Positions 47,176 to 56,317 of a stretch of 64,000 nt of DNA are shown here, piece by piece. The notes below the pieces were generated by a model. That model saw only the letters and a list, made by a program, of their open reading frames with translations. It made no database searches and was not told the DNA's origin. Position 1 is the stretch's first letter, and each line of letters starts with the position of its first letter. The stretch comes from Myxococcota bacterium (lineage in GTDB: Bacteria; Myxococcota_A; SURF-8), in contig OZ223209.1 in assembly GCA_965140415.1 (NCBI GenBank), positions 4,288,001 to 4,352,000 on the forward strand, in the 5' to 3' direction. The translations under genes and the position numbers were made by a program.

Positions 47176-49581
47176 CTACGGCTGGACGATAAGTCCCAGG
47201 TAACGCCCCAGCCAGTAGGGCAGCAGCCAGGGAGTGAGCATGCGCTCCAGGCCGCCATTGCCGTCTTCATCCAGCGTGTAGGGGTTTTCCGCCCAGCGGA
47301 TGAACTGCTTCTGATTGTAAGGCAGCACCTGTTCGGATTGCTGCTTGCCGTGCCGGTCGAGTTTGCTTCGAACCACCACATCCGCACGATGGCTGTTTTT
47401 CACTTCCCAGGTAATGCCATTGGTGTGAAACTCGCGTAAGGTCTGGATACCGATCTGCAAATCGTTTTCATCCTTCCGTGACATCCAGGCATACAACATG
47501 TTGAATTCCGGATTCTTTTCGGGGCGCTGCACTTCCCACAGGTATTCCAGCCCCTCCTGCCAGGCTGCCATCAGGCAGGGGTCGGTTTCGTAGCGGATCA
47601 AGGTCGCCAGCCCAAGGAAGGACATTTCCTCCGAATCATGATTGACGTGGGTCAGCAGGTTTATTTCCTCAATGCGCCGCACGTAATCGACATATCCCTC
47701 ATCGTAAGCGAGATAATGGAACGCATCCATGAATCGCTTCTCGCCGGTCATATGATACGTTGCCAGCAAACCACCCAGTATCGTGGCGGAATTCAAACCG
47801 GCATCACCGAATACACCAATCAATTCCATGAATTCGGGCGACAGTTGCCCGTGTTCGGTGACTTTGCCATCGATATCCACAATGCTGTAGCCGTTTTCGA
47901 TGATGCCATCGTGCAGATCCATGAATACCTGGGCGATTTCCGCTTTTTCCTGCTCGTTGGCCACCAGATCGTAAAAGAGCGACATGCCGAACACATGCCC
48001 TACGTATTCATCCTTGGAAGTATCCCCTTTCCAGCACCATTGTTCCTCCGCAGAAAGATGCCATTCGCCTGGACCATCGGCGAGATCGGCACAGCGCTCT
48101 GGCTCCAGCACCGAACGGGCGAAAAAGCCCTTTTTACCGGTAACGGTCAATAACCGCAGCATTCCCTGCACCGCTTCCCGTGCATGCGCAGCCGCCTCGG
48201 CATCACCGGTTACGGCATAGCGAAACGCCTGCGACGCCAGATACATCTCCGTCCACTGACCGTCGTTATCGTCATCGAAAGTATACGCGGTATCCAGATT
48301 TCCAGGCTCGCGCAAACCACAACGTGCAAACATACCGTAACGGTTATGGCGTTCGTACATGCCGCGATCCAGGATTTCAGCCTTCTGTTGAAGCGTCATA
48401 TCCTGTCGCTGCACCAACCCCAAACCGGTCGCCGTTCCGATAGCCAACAGGTTACCTCCCAGATCCACCGCCGCGCGTACCTCCCAGTCCGGCACCCAAT
48501 AACGGGAATGGTAATAGTTCCAGAAGCCACTATCCGGGACATAGGTCACAAGTCCCTTGTCGGTCGGCATCAGAAAACGGCCTTCGCCATCAACCGTCAA
48601 CCCATTCAATTCCAGCACCGGTAAACCCTGCTCGCCGGTCAAGGTTTCCAAACCGGAAGTGGTGGCATGCACCAGTCCGGCTTGTGTCGCCAGCCAGAAC
48701 TCATTTTCCGAGACGCACCGAATCCCAGTCACCAGCGGCGAGGGCAACTCTTCTGCCGTATAAAGCTGGTTCGTTTCCGAACTGCCGCCTTTGGTTATGC
48801 GCCACAAACCATTGGTCGTCGCCAAAGTAAGGGAATCGTCATGTTCGCAGAGATCGGAAATCGAGAAACCGGTCCAGGGACCGTAGCTCTCGGAAATCTG
48901 GCCATTGGCGGCGGTCACAAGCGACAACTGCGAGGGATCCAACTGAACCCACAGATTACCATCCGCAGAAGCTTTCAGCAGGCTGATTGCAGCCCCCAGA
49001 TCCGTCGAACGCGGAGCTTGATCCAAAGCGCCCACATACAAGGTTTGACCGCTGGTGGCGGCGAATTCGCCGGAATCGAGCCGAATCAAAGCGGAATAGG
49101 CAACAGCGGGCCAATCGGCAATGCTGGTCACCTGGCCTTCGCGAGCGATGCGCAACAGTCCTTCACCGGTTGCAGCAATCGCTTCCGCGTCTTGCTGGCT
49201 TCCACCAGCTGCTAACGCCGTGACACCGCCAGCAGGAATGCCGCTTTCCACCAACAAGCCGATTTCCTGTGGATAGGCTTCGTCGGTCACAGTCTGCGTG
49301 GGTTGCCAGACATCCGTCGGAATCGGCCAGGGAGTATCACAGGTATAGGTCGGATATCCGCTCTCGTCAATTTCCGTTTCGGCTTCCAAATCGGCGTCGC
49401 CGTCGCCGTCTCCGTCAACCTGCTCAAGCTCAGCTGTTTCCATATCGCCATCGGGAAGATTGTCCTGCGAGTCGGAATCATCGCAACCGGCAATACATCC
49501 AAAAAGCCAGAACAGCATCAAGCCGCCAACGATTCCGAGTTTACATCCACTACACGTCATATTACTCCCCGTTCTTTCCAT
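47176..49581 (-). CDS. Large lipoprotein with beta-propeller-like repeats and a helical C-terminal domain
   Basis: Lipobox IAGC; repeated W/L-x-AT-xx-GL blades; DDDNDGQWT and WKGDTSKDE motifs. Confidence 0.7.
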   Translation of the reverse strand: MERTGSNMTCSGCKLGIVGGLMLFWLFGCIAGCDDSDSQDNLPDGDMETAELEQVDGDGDGDADLEAETEIDESGYPTYTCDTPWPIPTDVWQPTQTVTDEAYPQEIGLLVESGIPAGGVTALAAGGSQQDAEAIAATGEGLLRIAREGQVTSIADWPAVAYSALIRLDSGEFAATSGQTLYVGALDQAPRSTDLGAAISLLKASADGNLWVQLDPSQLSLVTAANGQISESYGPWTGFSISDLCEHDDSLTLATTNGLWRITKGGSSETNQLYTAEELPSPLVTGIRCVSENEFWLATQAGLVHATTSGLETLTGEQGLPVLELNGLTVDGEGRFLMPTDKGLVTYVPDSGFWNYYHSRYWVPDWEVRAAVDLGGNLLAIGTATGLGLVQRQDMTLQQKAEILDRGMYERHNRYGMFARCGLREPGNLDTAYTFDDDNDGQWTEMYLASQAFRYAVTGDAEAAAHAREAVQGMLRLLTVTGKKGFFARSVLEPERCADLADGPGEWHLSAEEQWCWKGDTSKDEYVGHVFGMSLFYDLVANEQEKAEIAQVFMDLHDGIIENGYSIVDIDGKVTEHGQLSPEFMELIGVFGDAGLNSATILGGLLATYHMTGEKRFMDAFHYLAYDEGYVDYVRRIEEINLLTHVNHDSEEMSFLGLATLIRYETDPCLMAAWQEGLEYLWEVQRPEKNPEFNMLYAWMSRKDENDLQIGIQTLREFHTNGITWEVKNSHRADVVVRSKLDRHGKQQSEQVLPYNQKQFIRWAENPYTLDEDGNGGLERMLTPWLLPYWLGRYLGLIVQP

Positions 49582-49981
49582 TCCGAAACACGTGTTCCAA
49601 GAAAAGCATCCGCCATCACTTGATTATCCAAGGCGATCTATACATGTTGTTGCGAATCCGGTCCCAGCCTAATCCCGTCGGGAGAAGCTGTCAAGCCATC
49701 CACTATTTGCAATTTGCAAGCCGCTAAAGCCATCACCGAAACGAAAACGCAAACCATCAAGACTTAACCTATTGTTTTCACTAATCAATAATGAACAATC
49801 CATCCGTGCAAGCGAGTTGACGCCCCTGCTTTCTTCTGTTACACTCAAGCGGGAATGTGATCGAAATGGAGAGAAGGGAACAACTGCCGATAGTCACGCG
49901 TATGCACACAAGCTTCGCGCGCTGACATCCAAGGCAGAAAACCGAACTCCCGGTTTCCAATACGGTGAAGGGAATTGCAGC

Positions 49982-51841
49982 ATGGGGAAGCGTTGGACGG
50001 TCTTCGGACTGTTACTGGTGTCGATGTTGACCGGCTTCGCAGCGTTTTGCGCGGAAAGCAACATCCTGCCCAGCGACTCACAGATCACCGCTGAAGGGCT
50101 TGCAGAACAGGAACTGGACGCCCTGCGGTTGATGTACCATAAGGTTTCAAAGGAAGAACTCGACAGAAAACGCCAGATTCTTTCCGAAAAAGAACTGCAA
50201 CTCAATATCAAGCTCAATTCCAGCCGAGCTAAGAAAGAGCGCGCCTATCTGCTCGATTTGCAGCAGCAATTGTATAAAATCCATCAAGAAGTCGAACTGA
50301 TCGACGAGATCCGGGAAAATCCCTACGATCCGGTCTATCTGGTGCGCCATTATCAGGACTTTCTTGTGGTAGCGGCCATCGGTATCGGCGGATTGCTTTT
50401 CCTGTTAATCGCTTTTGCTCTTTTCAAGCATAGCCGCGAGATGAAACAACTCGGTCCGGTGGATCGCAGCCCCATGGAAAGCGAACCCAAGGGAGCAGGT
50501 CAGCGCGTGGTGCAAGGTTTCAACACCGAGCGCAAAAGCCAGATCGAAGTCAACGAAAGTATGCTTGGATTGGGATTGCCGGGCGGAGCGGTTCCCATCC
50601 CGTTGCAGGATTTACAATCACATATCGACAATTTCCTGATCGAAAACCCGAACGCCTACAACCAGTTGATGTACTTCATCTTCCGCCAGGCGATTCTCTG
50701 GCACGCCAGCGATATTCACATGCAACGCTCCGGTGGCTGGTTCGAAGTCAAATTCCGCTTGGACGGCTTACTGCATCCGACCTGCGTTTTGGATCTGCAT
50801 CGCGAACGGGAAATGATCAACATCGTCAAGATCATGAGCCGCATGAAAACCTTCGAGCATCGCGAAGCGCAGGAAGGTCGCCTGGACTTCCAGATGAGCG
50901 ACCATTGGTACGATTTCCGCGTGTCGGTGGTGCCGATCGTAGATACGGAGAAAATCGTCATCCGTATTTTCGGCGATGAAGACGTGCCCTTCAATCTCGA
51001 CCGCCTGGGGCTTTCCATCGACACCACGGAAAGAAGCAAGGAGATTCTACAACAGCGTTTCGGTCTGTTTCTGCTGGTCGGCCCGACCGGATCGGGAAAG
51101 ACCACCACGATGTACAGCTCGCTTCTGCATTTACAAAACGCCATTGGCGGCTTGAATATCGTCACGCTGGAAGATCCGGTGGAACACGTGTTCGAAGGCA
51201 TTACCCAGATTCAGATCAACCCGGTTAAAAACCTGAGTTTCGAAAGCGGTTTCCGCAACATCCTGCGGCAGGACCCGGAAGTCATCATGATCGGCGAGAT
51301 TCGCGATGGCGAAGCCACCAAGCTCGTTACGAGAGCCGCTCAAACCGGACATCTGGTTATCAGCACCGTGCACGCCGTCACAACACTTGGCGCGGTGGAT
51401 CGTATGCTGGATCTGGGAGCCGATCCTTATGCCTTGCACACCACGCTTTCGGCGGTGCTTTCCCAGCGACTCGTCAAACAGGTTTGCCTGCATTGCCGCA
51501 GCGCCTATCAACCCGATCCGGCTTATGTGGCCGAAGCCATGAAAATTCTAGGGAGCGGCGATATCGAATGGCAGCAGGGAAAAGGTTGCGAACACTGCCT
51601 GCAACGCGGTTATCGCGGGCGAATCGTATTAGACGAACTGCTGGCGATTCCGCTGCACGAACGTGAGCGGCTGGCGGGCATCGAAAATCGGGCCCAGCGC
51701 CAGGAAATCCTGCGACAGTACATCAATCACAGCCTCTATGAAGACGGCGTTCGCAAGGCCGCCGCAGGGTTGACGACGCTGGACGAAGTCGCCATGACCT
51801 TGGGCGATCTCAAGCAGATTCACCCCAGCATTCGTACGTGA
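49982..51841 (+). CDS. GspE/PilB-family ATPase with N-terminal signal peptide, coiled coil and TM helix
   Basis: ASDIH, FRLDG, GPTGSGKTTT, TLEDPVE, LRQDPEVIMIGEIRD, CLHC/CEHC; start at MGKRW preferred over 49772. Confidence 0.88.
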   Translation: MGKRWTVFGLLLVSMLTGFAAFCAESNILPSDSQITAEGLAEQELDALRLMYHKVSKEELDRKRQILSEKELQLNIKLNSSRAKKERAYLLDLQQQLYKIHQEVELIDEIRENPYDPVYLVRHYQDFLVVAAIGIGGLLFLLIAFALFKHSREMKQLGPVDRSPMESEPKGAGQRVVQGFNTERKSQIEVNESMLGLGLPGGAVPIPLQDLQSHIDNFLIENPNAYNQLMYFIFRQAILWHASDIHMQRSGGWFEVKFRLDGLLHPTCVLDLHREREMINIVKIMSRMKTFEHREAQEGRLDFQMSDHWYDFRVSVVPIVDTEKIVIRIFGDEDVPFNLDRLGLSIDTTERSKEILQQRFGLFLLVGPTGSGKTTTMYSSLLHLQNAIGGLNIVTLEDPVEHVFEGITQIQINPVKNLSFESGFRNILRQDPEVIMIGEIRDGEATKLVTRAAQTGHLVISTVHAVTTLGAVDRMLDLGADPYALHTTLSAVLSQRLVKQVCLHCRSAYQPDPAYVAEAMKILGSGDIEWQQGKGCEHCLQRGYRGRIVLDELLAIPLHERERLAGIENRAQRQEILRQYINHSLYEDGVRKAAAGLTTLDEVAMTLGDLKQIHPSIRT

Positions 51842-51908
51842 GCTCCGTTTTTTTTTTAAGCGACGAAGAAACTTGCGTTGGCACGGGAAACGTAGTTGAT
51901 GGCAATCA

Positions 51909-54900
51909 TTGGAGAACGGTTTGACCCGACCGAATAATAACCAATCGCCTTCCCCTCCAGAAAGGAACGAATCGGAACTTCCCGCAACAAGAGGTCGCAT
52001 AAAGCCCTTTAAAATACTATTGCGCATTGTAAAGATCTTTTTACTGACGACGCTTTTACTGGTCGCGCTGGTGTTGTTTACCGTGTTTTTCCTACCCTTG
52101 AACGTGCTCAAGGCGCCTGCACTAAGTTACATCAGAGAACACTATGGGGTTTCGATTCAGATCGCCGATATCGATTTTTCCCCGATCTCCGGCATCGAAA
52201 TCAACCGATTGCGCATCGATCCTCCTGAAGGATTCACGAAACCGCTTTTCAAAGTACAAAAAATCCGACTGTCCTATTCGCTGAATCACCTTTTCGATAA
52301 CGAATTTCAACTTTCGCAACTTCTGATCGACCGCCCGCACATCAACATTGAAACCATCGATGGCGTCATGAACGTGGTGGCGTTACAAAAGCAACTGGAA
52401 GCAAAACTGGAAAATTCCGCTTCAGAGGCTGATACGGAAATTGAAGTAGAAGAGGAGAAACAGGAGCCTTCCACTTTCCGGGTCAAACTCGCCAACATCG
52501 AAGTGCATCGTTTCAGCGCCTGGGCCGACACCGGTGATCAAAAAGTGAATTTCCAGGCTCTTTCGCTGCACGCCACCGGTCGTTACAGCGAGACCGACAG
52601 CCACCTGGACTGCGAAGTGTTCATCGACTCCGAGCCGGATTCCATTCAGCTTGCGCTTCTACAACAACAGCCGTTGCCATTTGAAACCAACTTGTTGATG
52701 GAATTGAAGGTGAAAGCCGTCATCGACAATTTCATTGAACCGCGTATCGCCTTGAATCTTACTGGTGGGATACAATCCAAGCTGATACAAACGGAATGGA
52801 AGCTTGAACCTGTGGATCTGCAATGGAGTTTGCGAGCCATTGCGGACTTGCAACAGCAACAGGCAACGCTATCCAAGTTCGCTCTGCGCTTCAATGAAAA
52901 CGACCTGTTAAACGTCAAGGCCACCTTGCAAGGCATACAAGAGCCTAAGAGTCTGGATCTACTACTTGATTATCTTACCCTACCGTTAGATGTGCTTAAT
53001 CCCTACATTCGTGCGTTTCAGCCGGATCTCGATGTCGGCGGGAAAGTGCGGGTTGAAAATCTTTCCGTACAAGGTGAAATTCCGAAGTTGCTGGCGCAGG
53101 GACTGCCTACCCTGAATGGCAAAGTGAAGCTCGAAAACATCCGGGCGACTTATCGACCGGCTCAGGCAAGCATTCATGGGCTGAATGCGGATTTCGATCT
53201 GAAAACCCGACCGGGTGACAATCACCAGGAAAAAGATGACCCGGCCCTGCTCGCAAGTGGAAACCTGACTCTTAATAAGGCAACCACCCCACAGGGCAGT
53301 TTAAACGACCTGAATTTGTCGCTCCATGCCCAGGCAGATGGTCTGGAGTTGACGGACGTACAAACCAAGCTCCTAGTTGCGATTCCTGAGGTTTTCGTGC
53401 AATCCCCGGAAATCGGCCAAGCACAGCTTTCATTTTCATTGGATACCGAGGCTGGCGGCAATCTCAAAACCGGACAATTTACACTGGAACACGCCGATAT
53501 CAACCTTGCAGACGTTCTCTCGCTTCATTGCAAGGCCCAGGCGGAGCTCGATCAGAATTTACAAGCAGTGCGTTCACATCGTTTCGAGCTTTCGGTCGAT
53601 CCCATCGATCTGCCAAAGGCGCTTCGATCCGTTCCCGCCGGAATCAAAAAGCAGATGCCGGAGCTTGAACTCGGCGGAAACCTGGCCATGACGCTGGAAA
53701 CCAGCGGGGCGATTCCGTTTGCAAACAACGATCCGATGCGCTGGCCGCTTAAAATGAAAAGCAGCGCGTCGCTTACTGCTGTCTGGGTGCGGATTCCGGA
53801 ACAGACTTTGTCCATCAGCGGCATCGGCAGCCAAGTTCTGATCGAAGGAAACCCGCGCGATCTTCGCATGGAGAGCGAGACAACACTTAAAAAGCTTGAG
53901 AAATCCGACATTCAATTTTCTCTGCATCAACTCGTAACACCGCTTTCTCTGCATCTGACACCGACAGAGGTGAAAGCAAAACTGGGCATCGACATCCAAT
54001 CCATGAACAAACTCGATCAGGCATTGGAATTGAAAGGCTTGCAGAGCGAAAACGACATCCAGCTTACCGGCGATTTCATGCGGGCTCTCATGCAGACAAT
54101 TCAGCTAAACTCCAACACCAAACTGAAGCGCCTGCGCTATGCCAAAGACACCGTCGTCTCGGTAGAGAATCAGTCCGTCTCGATGAACGCTTCATTCGAA
54201 CAGGCAACCCGCAACGGAAAAGCCCAGGTTCTTCTTTCCACCGGAAAGGTGGATTTGCCCGAACAGCAGATGGCGTTACAGGATTTCACAATCGACATTC
54301 AGACCGCTCTGGAAGGATTGTTACTCCCCACACAAGCGGATGCACAGCCAACGTGTGATGTCATCACCACCCAGGCCGGTATCAAAATCGGTGAACTCGA
54401 AAAGCGCGATTTATTCTTGAACCCCTTACTGAATACCTTTGCAGACTTCCATGCCGAAGTTCGCGATCTGAGCCACATCACACACACCGATATCAACGCG
54501 GGCGTGCCTTCCATCGGTCTAACCGCCGATATGAATGGCGAGATCCGCAACCTGAAAGACGCCAAAGGTGTATTTGTCGATTTCGGCGAGCACTGGCCCG
54601 AATTCGACATGGAACTGGCAGCGGAGCTTTCCGTTACGCAACGGAAGCAGCTATTGGAAGGATTATCACTGCAAGGTATGACCGGGATAAAAGCCAGGCT
54701 GCGTTCCCTACCGCAGGCAATGGCCCGTTTTGAAGGAAACCTGACAGGCAAGGATTTCTGTTTGTGGCTCAACCAAAAGGTGCAGCCACCAAAGAACAAA
54801 CCGGATGAGCCGGTCACGATTACCGATATTCAAGTACAACGCTTCAACGCGGACGTTCCCATCATCCAACTGATCGACATGCAACACCGCCGCCTTGTCA

Positions 54901-55700
54901 GCAAGCAAGGCGATATTTTCGAGGAAAAGTCTCGTGGAGTATTACACGACACCATGAGGCGCTATCTCAAACAACAATCGAATTTCCGCCTGGATAGCTT
55001 GCTTTACCGCAAGTCCGCTGGCTCTTCGACTCAGCAATTTCGTATCGACGAAATCAACCTGGATATGCTCTACAGCGATAACACCTTCGCCATCGACCGT
55101 ATGTACGTGGACATTCTGGGCGGCGGTATCACAGGCGCGTTGCAAGTGCAGTTGACTGGTCTGCCGCCCGCTCCGTTCGATGCCCGTATCCACTTCGAAA
55201 ACCAGATCACGGGCGTCAACCTGAAACGCCTGACCGAACGCGACCCGAAGAAAATCACCGCCGATACCGAACTTTCCATGCTCACCGATTTGAATGTCGA
55301 TCTTGGCGGTCGCCGCATCGATGGCCGCGTGGACTTGACCAAGCTTTCGCTGAAACAGTTGGATGAACTGTTCAAATTCCTGGACCCCTCCGGCCAGGAT
55401 CCGTCCATACAAAACAATCGGAATCTCATCAACGCCTGGTACGTCAACATGCTCAACCCGCGTATCAAGCTGGTTTCACTGTGGATGACCTACGGCAATT
55501 TGAATATGGATATCGAAATGAATGCGTTGGTGTTCGAGAATCTTTTGCAACAAAACCTGGACGCCAACCGCATTCGTCGCTACGACGTGATGCCATTGAT
55601 CCGGGACTTCGTCCCGATGTGGCGCGACAAACCGGAGCAGACCACCGCTTTGACCACAGATCAGAGCACAGTTAAAAGCAATCGGTCCGCAAATCCGTAG
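51909..55700 (+). CDS. AsmA-like / YdbH-like intermembrane bridge protein
   Basis: 1263 aa, single N-terminal TM followed by continuous beta-rich repeats; upstream of a DUF1318-like gene. Confidence 0.65.
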   Translation: MENGLTRPNNNQSPSPPERNESELPATRGRIKPFKILLRIVKIFLLTTLLLVALVLFTVFFLPLNVLKAPALSYIREHYGVSIQIADIDFSPISGIEINRLRIDPPEGFTKPLFKVQKIRLSYSLNHLFDNEFQLSQLLIDRPHINIETIDGVMNVVALQKQLEAKLENSASEADTEIEVEEEKQEPSTFRVKLANIEVHRFSAWADTGDQKVNFQALSLHATGRYSETDSHLDCEVFIDSEPDSIQLALLQQQPLPFETNLLMELKVKAVIDNFIEPRIALNLTGGIQSKLIQTEWKLEPVDLQWSLRAIADLQQQQATLSKFALRFNENDLLNVKATLQGIQEPKSLDLLLDYLTLPLDVLNPYIRAFQPDLDVGGKVRVENLSVQGEIPKLLAQGLPTLNGKVKLENIRATYRPAQASIHGLNADFDLKTRPGDNHQEKDDPALLASGNLTLNKATTPQGSLNDLNLSLHAQADGLELTDVQTKLLVAIPEVFVQSPEIGQAQLSFSLDTEAGGNLKTGQFTLEHADINLADVLSLHCKAQAELDQNLQAVRSHRFELSVDPIDLPKALRSVPAGIKKQMPELELGGNLAMTLETSGAIPFANNDPMRWPLKMKSSASLTAVWVRIPEQTLSISGIGSQVLIEGNPRDLRMESETTLKKLEKSDIQFSLHQLVTPLSLHLTPTEVKAKLGIDIQSMNKLDQALELKGLQSENDIQLTGDFMRALMQTIQLNSNTKLKRLRYAKDTVVSVENQSVSMNASFEQATRNGKAQVLLSTGKVDLPEQQMALQDFTIDIQTALEGLLLPTQADAQPTCDVITTQAGIKIGELEKRDLFLNPLLNTFADFHAEVRDLSHITHTDINAGVPSIGLTADMNGEIRNLKDAKGVFVDFGEHWPEFDMELAAELSVTQRKQLLEGLSLQGMTGIKARLRSLPQAMARFEGNLTGKDFCLWLNQKVQPPKNKPDEPVTITDIQVQRFNADVPIIQLIDMQHRRLVSKQGDIFEEKSRGVLHDTMRRYLKQQSNFRLDSLLYRKSAGSSTQQFRIDEINLDMLYSDNTFAIDRMYVDILGGGITGALQVQLTGLPPAPFDARIHFENQITGVNLKRLTERDPKKITADTELSMLTDLNVDLGGRRIDGRVDLTKLSLKQLDELFKFLDPSGQDPSIQNNRNLINAWYVNMLNPRIKLVSLWMTYGNLNMDIEMNALVFENLLQQNLDANRIRRYDVMPLIRDFVPMWRDKPEQTTALTTDQSTVKSNRSANP

Positions 55701-55742
55701 TGCGATCCGCCTTCCCGGCGGTTGAAATGAGGGAGAGAAAAG

Positions 55743-56315
55743 ATGGTTCGCATCAAAGCATGTTTCCTACTTGTTGCTATTCTGGCGTTCTGGTTGCCGC
55801 AGAGCGGCTGCGTACGGATGAAACTTGTGTCCGTCGATGAGAAGACCCAGTTGGAAAACCAGATTTTAGGCTCGTTCGAGCAGTTGCAGCAGGATCTCGT
55901 TTTAGTCGCATCAGTGCGTGACGAGAATGGGAAAACACCCGAAATACCGGAAGCCAAACGAGAAGCGCTGGTTGCCATGATGAATCGCCAGTTCAACCTG
56001 GATGATGTCAACCAGTTGAAACGGGACAACGTCGCCGGAGAAAACAACAAGGGTCTTTTAACGTTTTTCGCAACCGATAGAACCCGGGCCAATGCAGAGT
56101 ATCTCGCTTTTGCCAAGCGCATTATAAAAGAGGAAAACAGGGATCGCTTTGTGATCATGCAACGCCTGATCTCCACCACTCCATCTTTAACCAAGGCAGA
56201 TCTTCCCCTAATACGACAGATTTTCTATACCTTGAACGAGGCTGGCAGCGCACCGGGAACCCGTATCCAAACTCCCGATGGCGAATGGACCGTTAAAGCG
56301 GACATGGCGGAATAA
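55743..56315 (+). CDS. DUF1318 (YdbL-like) lipoprotein
   Basis: Lipobox-like QSGC, KTQLENQILG, GENNKGLL, ENRDR, IQTPDGEW. Confidence 0.75.
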   Translation: MVRIKACFLLVAILAFWLPQSGCVRMKLVSVDEKTQLENQILGSFEQLQQDLVLVASVRDENGKTPEIPEAKREALVAMMNRQFNLDDVNQLKRDNVAGENNKGLLTFFATDRTRANAEYLAFAKRIIKEENRDRFVIMQRLISTTPSLTKADLPLIRQIFYTLNEAGSAPGTRIQTPDGEWTVKADMAE

Positions 56316-56317
56316 CC

